From NCBI GenBank assembly GCA_017499595.2, contig CM039002.1, positions 1,550,001 through 1,614,000 of the forward strand: a stretch of DNA of 64,000 nt. The letters run 5' to 3'. The DNA comes from Psilocybe cubensis. Taxonomy: Eukaryota. Each line of letters starts with the position of its first letter. The stretch's first letter is position 1. This document shows, piece by piece, positions 11,707-23,602 of the stretch. The notes under the pieces are model-generated. The model was not told the DNA's origin and made no database searches. It saw only the letters and a program-made list of their open reading frames with translations. A program made the translations under genes and the position numbers.

Positions 11707-14627
11707 ACTAAAGAAAGAAGCCAATTGAAACTCACTCTTCCCCAAGTTTAAACTCTGTTACAACACCAATACGTCTTGCTGCCCTCTTGTCTATATTTCT
11801 ATTGAACTCTCGCCCAGTGCCTAATCACCTTCGATCGTTCTTTTTGCGTATTCTACTCATAACTGGCGATAAGTACAGTCCGTCCTATTATCCATTCCCC
11901 TCACGCACCAGCCCCATGTGCACCCACCCTCACAAGGATTCTTTTTCTCTCCTAATTCCCCCCATCAATGGCCTGTCACGCTATCAATCGCGCCTTCTTT
12001 ACCTTGATTTTGCTTTGACTTATGTTATTTATTTTTCATACAATTTTTAGTCGTTAGTCGTCAGCACTGTTTTCCAGTGCATGGTGCTGACGCATGTTAC
12101 CACCACGAACTCGGGCACATTGACGAGTTTGTTACTTGTTACCCCCAGCCTCTTGCAAGGCCCAGTGGCTTGTTCAATTCTTGTTCTTTACATTGTTTCC
12201 CAAGGCAAGCCGGGCTTTTTTGATCTGGTCATCGAAGAATCGCAACAATATCACCATCCATCCATCACCTTGCGTCCCCTCCCTCTTCCCTCGCTTCGCC
12301 CCCCAAACGTTCACCATCTGTATCATATTCGACTCGACTTCTCACTCAATGCGCCCTAATCTCTGCTCTGCAGCTGTCTGTATTCCCAGTCTCCTCTGAC
12401 CCTATACGCTAAGTGCACGACTATGGACGACCCCGCTGACAATCCCGAGACGCGATGACATTCACATCACCAGTGGGAAGGGGTGAGAGTGCGCTTTTTC
12501 GCTGTTGATTGATGATCCTCTTTTACCCATAATTTGCTGCCTCCGCCACTGCTCGCCATCTGTTTTTCCCCTTTTCTTCCTTTCCCTTCTTCCATGATGA
12601 GCTTTTTTTGTATTTTTTCCCTTTTCACTTCTCCCATGGTTTTATGCTCGTCATGCGATTGTCATTTTATGTTTTTTTTTTTTGAAATATTTGTTTTAGA
12701 TCGTCTGCATTGGTCTGTGTTTTAGTATGTCTTTTTTTCTTCATATTTTTTATTCTTGTCGTCATCTTGGTCAGTCTTGTTATTTAGCATTTCAGCCCAA
12801 AAAGAATAACCAATTTTTGCTTGCTTTCTGATTACACCTTGCTGGTGTTGATTGACCTTTGACTGCTTCTGATTGGTGACTTTCTGATTTCTGATTTATG
12901 ATTTGTGAGTGTACCTTTCATCTTGTTGGTGGGGATGAACACCTGGAGGAATAACATGGGTGGGTGATGTGAAGGGTGATGGTTTGTCATCGAGAATTGA
13001 TGTTGATATCGTTGGTCTCGAACCTGTCTGTGCAACTCTACTGACACGTTACTGAGCTTTGTGTGTCATGAGAAAGTAGGTCTGAAAGGGTGTAGATGTG
13101 GGAGGTGGCCGCGGATAGACTTGGACCGACGGCGTGACAAGTTGATATAGTTCAGCCTTGCCGACATCGCGAGTCTGCGTCGTGGGTTCTGCCTTTGATT
13201 TGATGCGACTGTGCTATGAGCCTATGGCCCATCTACGTATATACTTAAACTCAATCTGACGGTACCGGTGTTCAAGAAACAAGCTTCAATCCTTTCGTAT
13301 GTTTTTATAGGGATGTCGTAATAACTTGAAAGTGAAGGCGCTCACTACGGTAGTAACTGTAAGATATACTTAATACAATGCAGGTCGGATACACGAATCC
13401 CGAATGGCCGGTTGTGGTTTTACTGACCACATATTCTTTCATTAAGATAGCTTGAGGCATTCATCACATAAAGCAAGAATTTCCATATTCAGTGAGAGAT
13501 ATGCCTCCGCACTCTCGGCGTTTTGCCTCCGTTTCGAATTTCGAATGCCGCGTGGGTTGGCGGCTGTTGGCAGCTGTTGGCGCGCATGAAGTTTGGCGTG
13601 TGTGGGGGTGATTCAGGGGTAAGTCTGGTAAGCTCTGGATGACTGAATAGTAAGCACCGATGTGTTATTTCCGACCTTGACTCTGATACGAAAGGTTCTT
13701 TTGGTGTTTATTGGCCTTATAGGGTGGGGCAGCCGCGGATCGCTGTCGAGGGTATTAACCAGAAGACGGCGGTGACTTCAAGTAGCGAGGGCTGAGATGA
13801 AGATGACGATGGTGGGTGTTCTCAATATGACTGGGTTCACAATTACCGTCGAGCCGCATGCTGGCAGCGACGCGTGTTTCGTGAAAAGAACGGTGATTTG
13901 ATGGAAATGATATGCATATACGCGCTTAGATTGTTTTTTTTGGATGAGTCAGACATTGTTCTGCCCGGAATGCTGATGGCGTAGGGTTACAGTCATCTTC
14001 TCCTCGTATGTTTTTCTTCCTCATCATGTGCATAGCGACGAGTAAACTGTTAAAAGAGCTTGGAAGTTGCAGGATTTCGGGCCGGGGATGCTCCAGCGCT
14101 AATGTAATAAGCCGTCGCTGGTGGATGTAAGAACAGAAAGGTGAAATGTTGCAAAAATACGGCCGGTGGGAGAGACAGCGACTCGGTGAGGCACCGATGT
14201 GCATGTGTATGAGGATCTTCAGCTTTTTTATTACATTATTTCCAGTGGCTGTGAATAAGCCACGCACAGCCCAATCCGGAAATACAAGTCCGTTGCACAC
14301 TTGCTCGTCCATCTTATAATCCACCCATAACCGTTCTCGGCGATCCAGCTTTGTGCTCAACGCCCAGCAGTCTTCGTCGTCGTCGTCTCGCGTCCCAGAG
14401 CGACCTTCAGAAAGCTAGGCATTCTCTCTCCGTTTATGGTGAGCACACATATCTATCATTCAACCCCTTGCCCCATGTCCTTTTGTTGTCATTAGCCGTC
14501 TTCTCACTCGCACTTGCCCCCCTGTCAGATCCAAGGCGATATCTTGGCCCGACCTTCCTTTTTCCCGTGCTGTTCGGATTATCACCACCCCAACACGTTC
14601 TATCTACAGACGCCAAAATAACAGATC

Positions 14628-17600
14628 ATGTCCAACTCTTACAATATGGGCCAACAGTGGAACCAGTCCCAGCTCAACTTTTCGTCCCTTCAGCTCGAGC
14701 AGGACTACGAGTTTGCTGCTAACGAATCTCGCCAGCAGCAGCAGCAGCAGCAGATGCTTCATCAGCAACAGCAGCAGGCGTATGCCTCCAGCAATGCATA
14801 TCACAATCAGTATTCCCAGCAGCAGCAACAGCAACAGCAACAACAGGTCCAAAATCCAAATGCCCACTCATCGTCTCTCATGGGTGCCTTCTCCAACCCA
14901 CTCAGCCAGCAGCATTCGCACAGCCGTTCATCGTCCTTTGGCGCTGCCCAATCGGGCCAAAATTCAATGAGCGGTGCGTACGCTGGTCTCTACGGTGCCC
15001 AAGCTACTGGCCCGCCTTCTAATGGCGCCAACGGACCTTATCGCCAGCCTACCTCTTCGGCCTTTACCTTCTCACCCCCAAGCGGCATCCCGATGTCGCT
15101 GCAGAATAATTTATCGGATGTCAGCCAAGGAGGCAGCCCGAGTTATCTAACTTCGTCCCCCGGTCCGCTGCACGAGTCCTTTTCCCCGCCTTCATCCTCC
15201 TCTCAACTCCAGCAAACCTATTTCAACGCAAACGATACCTCTGGGGCTCCTCAACCTAAAAGGCATCACGGATCAGCTTTCAAAGACGAGTCAGCGATCG
15301 AAGACCCAGACTCGGAGGTTGGCCAATCAGATACTAAGGATAAGCAGTCCAAATTGTCAGTGTTACTTCTATCTTGCTGTATTATCTTATTGATGGAAGG
15401 AAATATAGGTCCAGGGCGTGTGCGCGGTGCAAAAACCTCAAAGTTAGATGAGATGTGAAGCTAAGACGGAGACCGAGCCTTGCAAGCGCTGCTTCAATGG
15501 TGGGCATGAGTGTGTTATTCCCGGGAGGAAGATTCGTCGTACGCCACCGTGAGTTCCACCTTGATCCCTGCATTCTCTCGTTTTCTAAAGGATTCATACA
15601 ATGCAAACGTAAAAACTCGATACTGTAGGAAACGGGAGCATCTCCTCAACCAGATCCAGGCCCAGGCAAAGGAGATCGAAAGGTTAATGCACCAGCTCGA
15701 AAAGGTCACCATTTCATCCAATCAGCCTCGTAATGCCGGTATGGATACTTCTACGGGCGTAAACCTCTCCTCCCCCGTGTTAACTCCCTCGTCCAACTCC
15801 GGCTCCTTCTTTGGTTCGGATGTGCCCGGGGACGAAGCAGGCGGTGACGAGCACGGTGGTGCGAATGGGAACGGCAGCAACAATGTCGTAATGAACAAGG
15901 CCGTCGAGGAGTGGATCGCCAAAGCGCGCGAAAGTTTGCATGAATTTGGCGCGTTCATCGGCATTGGCGGCGCGGGTATGCCGAAGCGCTATCTTGTCGA
16001 GGAGGACTATGAGGGTGGTGACGACTCAGATGACGATGAGGAGTATGTTGATGCCTCGGACGAGGCACTGGCCGAAGCCTTCGGGAACGGCGATGAAAGA
16101 TACGAAGTTACGGTGGACAACGCGCCCGGAGACGCCTCTGGCTCGTCTAATCCCGAACAGGGAGGCAGAATATTGAATCACAAGAGCTCTAGCTCTAGCA
16201 TCGGCACAGTTGCGACGGCAAATACACAACAGCGCAAGAAGAATTCTGGTGAGAATGCAAAACCGGTCAATTTGCCTGTTGGCGCTGCGCCGTTTGGCCT
16301 TTTTGGAGAACTCAGTTTGAAGAACCCTGTAAGCCGCGCGGGTAGCGCGGAACCTGAAGACGAGGATCGAGGATCGGGCATTGCGAACGCCAATTTCTTC
16401 AAGTCGAGTGAGTTTGTTTTACTGTTTCTTTACGTTTCAATAATTCTGATTACAATGAAGCTCTTGCACCTCAGGCTTTGGGGCGTAGGCTGGAAGTTGC
16501 CCAGCACCAAGCACCATCCATTCTTACTCGGGGAATCATCACACCTTTGGAGGCCGAGAAATTGTTCAAAATGTACGGGCTTTACTCCACAGAGATTAAA
16601 GAATCTGGCTAAAAATGTCTTATCACTTTTTCTAGCTATTTTGACAACATGAATCTTTCCGTGTCACTGCTCGACCCAGTCCTGTACACTGCGCAGCGTA
16701 CATTCTATCGAAGCCCCTTTTTGTTTACAGTTAGTGAGTATTCGGCTCTCCGTATGTTTTTATCTTCCCAGTGCTAATCTATTTGTGGGCAATCAGTTTG
16801 TGCTGTGGCCTCCAGGTTCTATTTTGAGCGTCCCGATCTCTACGCGAAGTGCATGCACTATGCACAGTGGGCTGCCGGTACAGCTCTCATTGGCGGAAAC
16901 AAAAATGTGGAGATGTGTTCTGCATACATCCTGCTGAGTTTGTACCCCGTACCTGCGAAGAAATGGGAGGACCAACGCAGTTGGCTGTACCTTGGGCTGG
17001 CTATTCGGTACGGATTTTTTTAAAATTTCTCTCTGTCTTTTTTTTTTATCATTAATGGCGGTACTATCTCTGTTTCTTTTTTCCAGTGTGGCTACCGACA
17101 TTAATTTGCACGTTCCCACATCTGCGAAACCTCTCAATGAGAATCACGCGCGGGAGATGCTGAACCGCACCCGTGTTTGGCTGAACTGCTTCAACCTTGA
17201 CCGGTCCACGGGTTCGCAGTATGGTAAACCACCCATCATCAGCTCATCGGATTATATCGCGAACAATTCACCGAAATGGTGGAACTCGTCGCCGCACAAT
17301 ATGCCAAACTTTGATATCCACATTTCGGCGTATAATGCAGAGTTGCGGGTCATGTCGAGCTTTATTGCGAAAGTTTACAGTGATCCGTTACACCCTACTA
17401 ACTTGAACAAGGTATATTTTTTCTTTGCTTAATTTTCTTTCTTGTATTTGACTGACTTTTGTTTAGAACATCGACTTCGAAAAAATTGCCATTGAGACAG
17501 ATGACGAGCTACAGGTTCTACGTGATCAATGGTTCTCAGTGCTCGAGACGACCGACATGAACGACCCACACAATCGCTTCAGGACTGGGCTGCTGCGATT

Positions 17601-18789
17601 GGCGTACAGCTATGCCAGGTTGATCGCCTTGTCATATGGCTTCCAGCATGCGTTTGGAAAGACAGATAGGGTCAACGAGAACCCATTCCTTGAGCGGGTC
17701 AGCATTTTTTACGCATAGCCGGTTGGTTTTTCTTGGTCGCTGACTTACTGTTATCTTTTGATAGTGCTTGCGAGCTGCTTTCGACGTTGTTGACGCTCTC
17801 GTCAGCGATATTTGCCGGCCGGGACAGCGTATGTTCACCTTGACATTTTTTCGCATTAGGCTTTGGGTTGCTGATGAGCTCTAATCAGTCCATTTCGTGA
17901 AACATGGACCGGAAGCTCAGAGCGTCTTTGTCACTTTTGCGTCTGCTTTCCTTGTCAAGGTGCGATATGGCGCAATGTTACCCCCTCGCTCGCCCATTCA
18001 TTGTCTTTTAGCTTCTCCAACCAAGATTTACCACCTATCTTACACCGGAGACTCGAGCAAAGATTCGTAGTCAGGTACAAAAAGTCGCCGACCTCCTTGG
18101 CTCGCCCGAAGTTGCTATCGATGAGCGACACGGTCCCAAGTTGTACTCTCGTTTCCTCGAGAAGCTCCTAGCCAAACCCATGGCCAGCCTCGATCCCATG
18201 TCCCCCGGATCCACCGCCAGCTCGACCGTTCCTCTTCCCCGCCAGAAATCGCGCACATATAGGTCACCACCCCCGGCCACAACATCCACTAACATGGCCA
18301 CCCACTCGGGCTACGCATCCAACTATGACGCCCCTTCAAACGTGTTCACTCACCCTTCGCCGTCGACGAGCAACTCGCTCTCGCCGCCACCCACCGAGTC
18401 CGCGCTGTCATTCGACAACTTTGCGCCGGCGGGACCGATTGACCCGTATGTGCCCCAGACGGGGCCGATGAACGCGCTGAACGTCAATCCGACGGATAGC
18501 GTGGTGACTGGAGGGAATGTGATGATGAACGAGTTCTTCCAGCCGCCGTTGCCGTTTGATGATCATATCATGCAGAGTATGCAGTCCCTGACTGATCCTA
18601 GTGGATGGCAGGATATTTCCTTGCCTGGTAAGTTGTCGAGGCTTTTTGATTGTGATTCTTTTCACTCATCGAACCTTATCTGTAGTTGGATTCAACTGGA
18701 TGGCACAGTTCCAGGAAAACCTTGGTCTTGATCTTCAAGGAATGGCTTATGATCAAAGCATGGATTATATGACCGGGCCTAGCAACTAA
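14628..18789 (+). pseudogene. Zn(II)2Cys6 fungal transcription factor with middle-homology region; frame disrupted inside the zinc cluster in this sequence
   Basis: Poly-Q N-terminus; CARCKNLKVR/CEAKTETEPCKRCFNGGHEC cluster; later NRTRVWLNCFNLDRS motif; AGATG duplication at 15446-15455 creates TGA at 15449-15451; the remaining exons look intact. Confidence 0.75.
14733..14846 (+). repeat. CAG/CAA trinucleotide tracts encoding poly-glutamine
   Basis: Three runs of CAG/CAA in the first exon of the TF. Confidence 0.9.
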
Positions 18790-19127
18790 TTGTCTTTTTC
18801 TCTCTTCTCTCCATCTTTCCTATTTTCTTTTGTGTACGTGGTATGGTCAATGTCCCCCTTTTTTGTTCATTAATTTATGCACAACCTCCAGATAACTGTC
18901 ATGGATGACTGCCGCTGGATCTCTTTCTTATATCTCATCTGTTTCCACTACCATCTCTTCTGCTTGATACCTTATATCTTCTCTTCGGCGGATACTACCC
19001 ATATATCACTTCAATGTATGTATGCCTTGTAAATCTCTCGAAAGTAAAGACTAGAAAAAAGCTTGTATTCCCCCCAAAAGTCAGAAGTTGCTTAACTTGA
19101 CAATAAAAAAAAGATATATTATGGTTC

Positions 19128-20600
19128 GATGTTCTCACGCACTAACCACCACCATCAACATGGTCAGCGTGCCAGCTCACCGGCCCCGCTGCTGGGTACA
19201 CGGCGACAGCGCTCTCCAGACTCAACCCCAGGCCCAACAGAGTCAGAGAGTGATGGCCGAAAGCTGCTACAGACCAAGAGGTCACCCCATACGAAGCGCC
19301 TTATAAAGAAAGGCAGAACTCACCCTCGGAAATCAGTGGATGCCCCTCTGGGTCCCTCTCCACAGCACTCTGTCAACACACCCATACCATTGGCGGACCC
19401 ACACAGTGCCCCAAACACCGATGCTGCACCCCCATCTACTCTGCCCCCGCCAGCTGTGTCTTCGGACATTGTTGCCGGACAGGTTGCTCACCTCGAGACT
19501 CTGCTGGACTCCATTCTGGCAACGGTCGCGATTATACAGAGCATTTCTCACGGTACCGTCACACTCAGTGACCGAACGATGCACGCCGCTCTGCTGCTAC
19601 ACTCAACCTTATTCCCGGCAGACCCGGAATGTCACCCCCAAAACCCTGAAAGGGTTACTGAGCCCCGGTCATATGCTACGGTGGCCAAAACTACACTAGT
19701 GGCTCAGCCAGCCCACACGCCGCAGAGGACATCCCCAGCCCCAATTGCTGGAGGCCCTGTTAAGACCCGCCCTCACGTCACTCGTCCAACCCGCCATTAT
19801 TCCTCAAATAATCGCCTTATTGCATCCTGGGATGACTTTCCACTTACACAGCCATCTGGTCCACTCACTGATTTTGTGGAGCGACTCAATAGCGAGCTCT
19901 CGCCAATGTCACGGGACCCCCCTCGTCATGTTCTCGGAGCTAATGTCTCAAAATCAGGAAGGCTCATTATCCACACTGCAAACGACACTAGAACTGCTAG
20001 AATAAAAGCTCGCCCGATGACCATTCTTCAAGCAGCTCAGGCCTCCGATTGCTTTCCTAATTTTGATTCAACTATTGGTGACCCACCCACAGTTCACTCG
20101 GATGTGCCATGGCATGGTATAGTGGTCCATGATCTCCCAGCTGATTCACTTCGCGACTCTTTTGACTCCGCCACTCCAAAAAACAGCATATGGTCATTAC
20201 TTGAAAATGAGGCAGGGGTATCTAGGCAGGATATCCGAGGGCAAATACGGGCTCTTTGTCGCGATGGGGAGGAGTTCCAGAAGGACCGACTTTCTATTCT
20301 CATTAGGTTTGAAGACAAGAACATCACAGAACGGCTCTATCACTCTGGCATTTTTCTCTTTGGCTCCTGGTGTCGAGTCTCTCGATATCGGGAGCGGAAG
20401 AGGAAACCTCAACCTTCAACTCCAACACCCCACGCAGAAAACACCATGCCGCAATAAATGTTAGTAATCTCTCATAAGCAACACTTCTTATTCCTTTACA
20501 CAGTACACATGGAACAGTAGGATTACAACCTATATAGAGAAACTGTAATGGTAGTACTAAGCCAAGGGAGGGGCCCACCCCTCAGAGGCTATAACATAAA

Positions 20601-20634
<34 letters not shown>
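19128..20634 (+). mobile_element. Non-autonomous non-LTR retroelement carrying only an ORF1-like gene
   Basis: Direct repeat ATATTATGGTTC at 19116-19127 and 20635-20646; A run 20603-20635; intronless ORF inside; no RT or endonuclease coding sequence. Confidence 0.9.
19129..20457 (+). CDS. LINE ORF1/gag-like nucleic-acid-binding protein, 442 aa
   Basis: Intronless ORF in an intron-rich genome; basic disordered N-terminus; SKSGRLIIHT, PWHGIVVHDLP and GIFLFGSWCRVSRY resemble fungal LINE ORF1 segments; no CCHC knuckle. Confidence 0.65.
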   Translation: MFSRTNHHHQHGQRASSPAPLLGTRRQRSPDSTPGPTESESDGRKLLQTKRSPHTKRLIKKGRTHPRKSVDAPLGPSPQHSVNTPIPLADPHSAPNTDAAPPSTLPPPAVSSDIVAGQVAHLETLLDSILATVAIIQSISHGTVTLSDRTMHAALLLHSTLFPADPECHPQNPERVTEPRSYATVAKTTLVAQPAHTPQRTSPAPIAGGPVKTRPHVTRPTRHYSSNNRLIASWDDFPLTQPSGPLTDFVERLNSELSPMSRDPPRHVLGANVSKSGRLIIHTANDTRTARIKARPMTILQAAQASDCFPNFDSTIGDPPTVHSDVPWHGIVVHDLPADSLRDSFDSATPKNSIWSLLENEAGVSRQDIRGQIRALCRDGEEFQKDRLSILIRFEDKNITERLYHSGIFLFGSWCRVSRYRERKRKPQPSTPTPHAENTMPQ

Positions 20635-20638
<4 letters not shown>

Positions 20639-20738
20639 TATGGTTCCTTGGAACTGGTACATGAAAATGCAAGTGCCGATAATCAATAGCATATAAAATT
20701 ATGTTACATCTTGGAAGTTGTCGACACTAATCAAGACT

Positions 20739-23319
20739 TTACAGTCTCACGTCCTTGGGCATTGCCCTAAGTGCTTGCCGCACACCGAGATCTGCAAGAA
20801 CGTCTTCGGCACCTCCCAGCAGTGCGTCGAAGGGAATTGTGCGGTGATACTAAATTCAGTAAAGGTCAGTCCAATAGGAAAAACCCATAAGTCGGAAGCA
20901 AAGTGCACGAACGTGTTCAATGAATTTGCCCATTCCCGTTTGAGTGATTCCACGCCCGCCAAAGACCTGGACAGCATCTCTTGCAGTGTCTTGCCCACAG
21001 CTTGTGGAGTAGCTCTTCAATAAAGCGATTTGGCTAAAAATGGACAGTCATCAGTGATTGTGCTCAACAATTCGCGGTAGTTGTATTTACCCGGCAAGCT
21101 TTCCAGCTTGTTGTTTGTACGACTAGAAATAGGGTGGAGCGTGAGGAAATATCCTGGGTCGCCCTGAATACAGCTTTGACGTACCATATTGCACATCTGA
21201 TACGTGATATTCTCGAGCCAACTTTGGACACCTGGGAATAGGTATAGTTCAAAAAATGACATGTGAAGATATCGGTGAAAAGTCTTACTTTCTGCCCGCG
21301 ATATCATCCCCGCGAGCTTCGAGCGAATGACGGCCTGCGAGTGCAGGGGCTTTCCGAAGACTTTGCGCTGCGTGGTCCACCTGAAACGTAGATGAGACGT
21401 AATCCCCGTTGAACTCTGACATCGGCGACTCACTTCAGACACTCCTCGACTAGAAAAAGAATAAGAGGATACATTTTAGGCAGACTTCGATGCAAATGAG
21501 ATAAAGAGAACGCACTGATGCCCCTCTGGCTCCTTGCAGAAGCGCAACACATGACCCATCGCTCGTGGTTGAAGTTGCTGTGAGCCAATAGATCAGCAAC
21601 TTCTCAACTACAGTGAGGCAATGCCATGGATGGACTGGTACATACCTGAGGATGACAAAAATACCTCCGCCTTCTTCACCCAGTGTGTTGCCAATTGGCG
21701 CTCTTACGTTATCGAAGGTGATGTATGCAGTACCAGCAGTTGTCGAATAGCTGGTTTTAATCTGCTTGGTTTCAACACCTGGACCACGCTCTACCAGAAT
21801 GACGGTAAATCCGTCCTCAGTCTTGCAGCCCACAGTGAAGTAATCGGCAAATCTAATTTTGCATATGGGTCAACATTTGGTAAAGTGTTGAAAAGATAAA
21901 ATAGAACTTACGTTCCGTTAGTGATCCACTTCTTAGTTCCTAAGTTGAAATGTGGATCAGAAGACTACACCAGAACCACAACAGAAACCCGTACCGTTGA
22001 TAATCCACTCCTTTCCATCTTCTGATTTAACAGCAGTTGTTTGCAAGCCCATAACATCGCTTCCTGCGTGTGCCTCTGAGATAGCAAGACAGATGAACTT
22101 CTTGCCGCTCAAAACTTCGGGTACGACTTTCGCTTTAAGCTCTTCGCTGCCAAAATTGAGGACTGGAGGAAGCCCAATAACCTTGCCACCCATGAGACCT
22201 ACACTACGTGAGAACAAATAACACGGTATGGGGAAAGATAGCAGCGCACCATCACCGTAGCCTCGTAGACTTGATCTTGCGAATTCTTGGGTAATGATCA
22301 ACTAGTAGGATGTGGGCAACGGTGAGTGTGGTGGGTTGGTGGCAACCGAGAAAATCCGTACCTCGTGGAAGTAGTCGAATGTCTCAGGCGTTACAAGACC
22401 GTCCATTAGAATGCGACCTTGGAGGTGTTTACCAGGCCCTAGACGCATGGCATGGATGTTCAGAGCACTAGGGAAAAGGTGGAATTGACGCTCAGTTTAT
22501 TATTACATTGACTTTCGAAGACAGGATTGGCGACATACGTCATTTTGTCAATAACGCTCTGCGATGGTCGTTTCCCATCTGCTTCACGGTCCTGTGGTGG
22601 TGGTGGTAAGCCTCTTTGCTACAAAAAATTGTATGCGAAAACACTAACGAGAGCATCCTGATACACAACTTCATCGAAGAACCGCCGAACGGCCTTCTGG
22701 AAGATCCTATGTCCCTAAAAACAGGAACCACGGATTTAACTTCGCGCAAGCATCAAGGGGTAAGGATGTTAAGGACCTCAGTGTAGTAAGGGCTATGATA
22801 ACCATCAGAGAGCCACGTAGGCTCAGCATAAGGAACTTTGCTGAGCTCCCCTGCAACCCGACCGTGGATATGAGGCTCCTCTCCGTCGATCTGACCGATG
22901 CGCAATCGTTGATATTGAGGTCTCTGGAGGACTTCGTAACGATGAAGGCTGAAGAATGCCTCGGTGGCGTCTTGTCCAGCTAATTGAAAGTGCCCACTTC
23001 AGATCAAGCTACGACCTTCAATAGACGAGTTGACTGACCGATTTCTGGGTCCAAGAGCACGGAAAGACCTCCGGGATGCATGGCTTTGAACTTGCTTAGG
23101 TCGTAGACCACCGCATCGATGATAATCCACTGAATAACCGACTGTGAGTGTATGTTTCAGAAACCGGTTCACCGAGGCGACACTTGCCAAATCATCGGGT
23201 TGGTTGTGCTGTACATTGAACACAGAAATTTAGAAACCTAGGCAGACATGATCCGGAAGTGTCTGACGTACCTTGCCAACCTCTTCCTTTGAGATTCGTT
23301 TGAGTTGTGTAGAGGCCAT
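20739..23319 (-). CDS. Acyl-CoA dehydrogenase with N-terminal cytochrome b5 domain, copy 2 (multi-exon)
   Basis: ATG at 23319 (MASTQLKRISKEEVGK); [46 protein letters not shown]; ends MPKDVRL*. Confidence 0.9.
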
Positions 23320-23602
23320 TCGATGTGATGAAGTAGTGTGGTGTCGCAAAAGTAGCAGCCGAGCCGAGAGAAGACAAATGTTTTGAATAAATGTAAAAGG
23401 ATTGAACGTTACATGTGATAAGAGCTCCGGGGTAGTGCAATCACTATCACCACGAACCATGATGGTATCCCCATGCGTCTTATTTGCAGTGCCAATCAGC
23501 AGCCTCACATTTCATCCTTATTTTGTCTTAGTACCTTATTAACTTGAGCATTTGGGAGTTACAGCATTCTGGAAAGCATTTGACAAATGTTTATGAAAAC
23601 AA

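Noticed and set aside
11707-14620. Pyrimidine- and T-rich stretch with hydrophobic ORFs
   Set aside because: Phe/Leu-rich translations arise from T-rich UTR sequence; no terminal repeats or RNA gene seen
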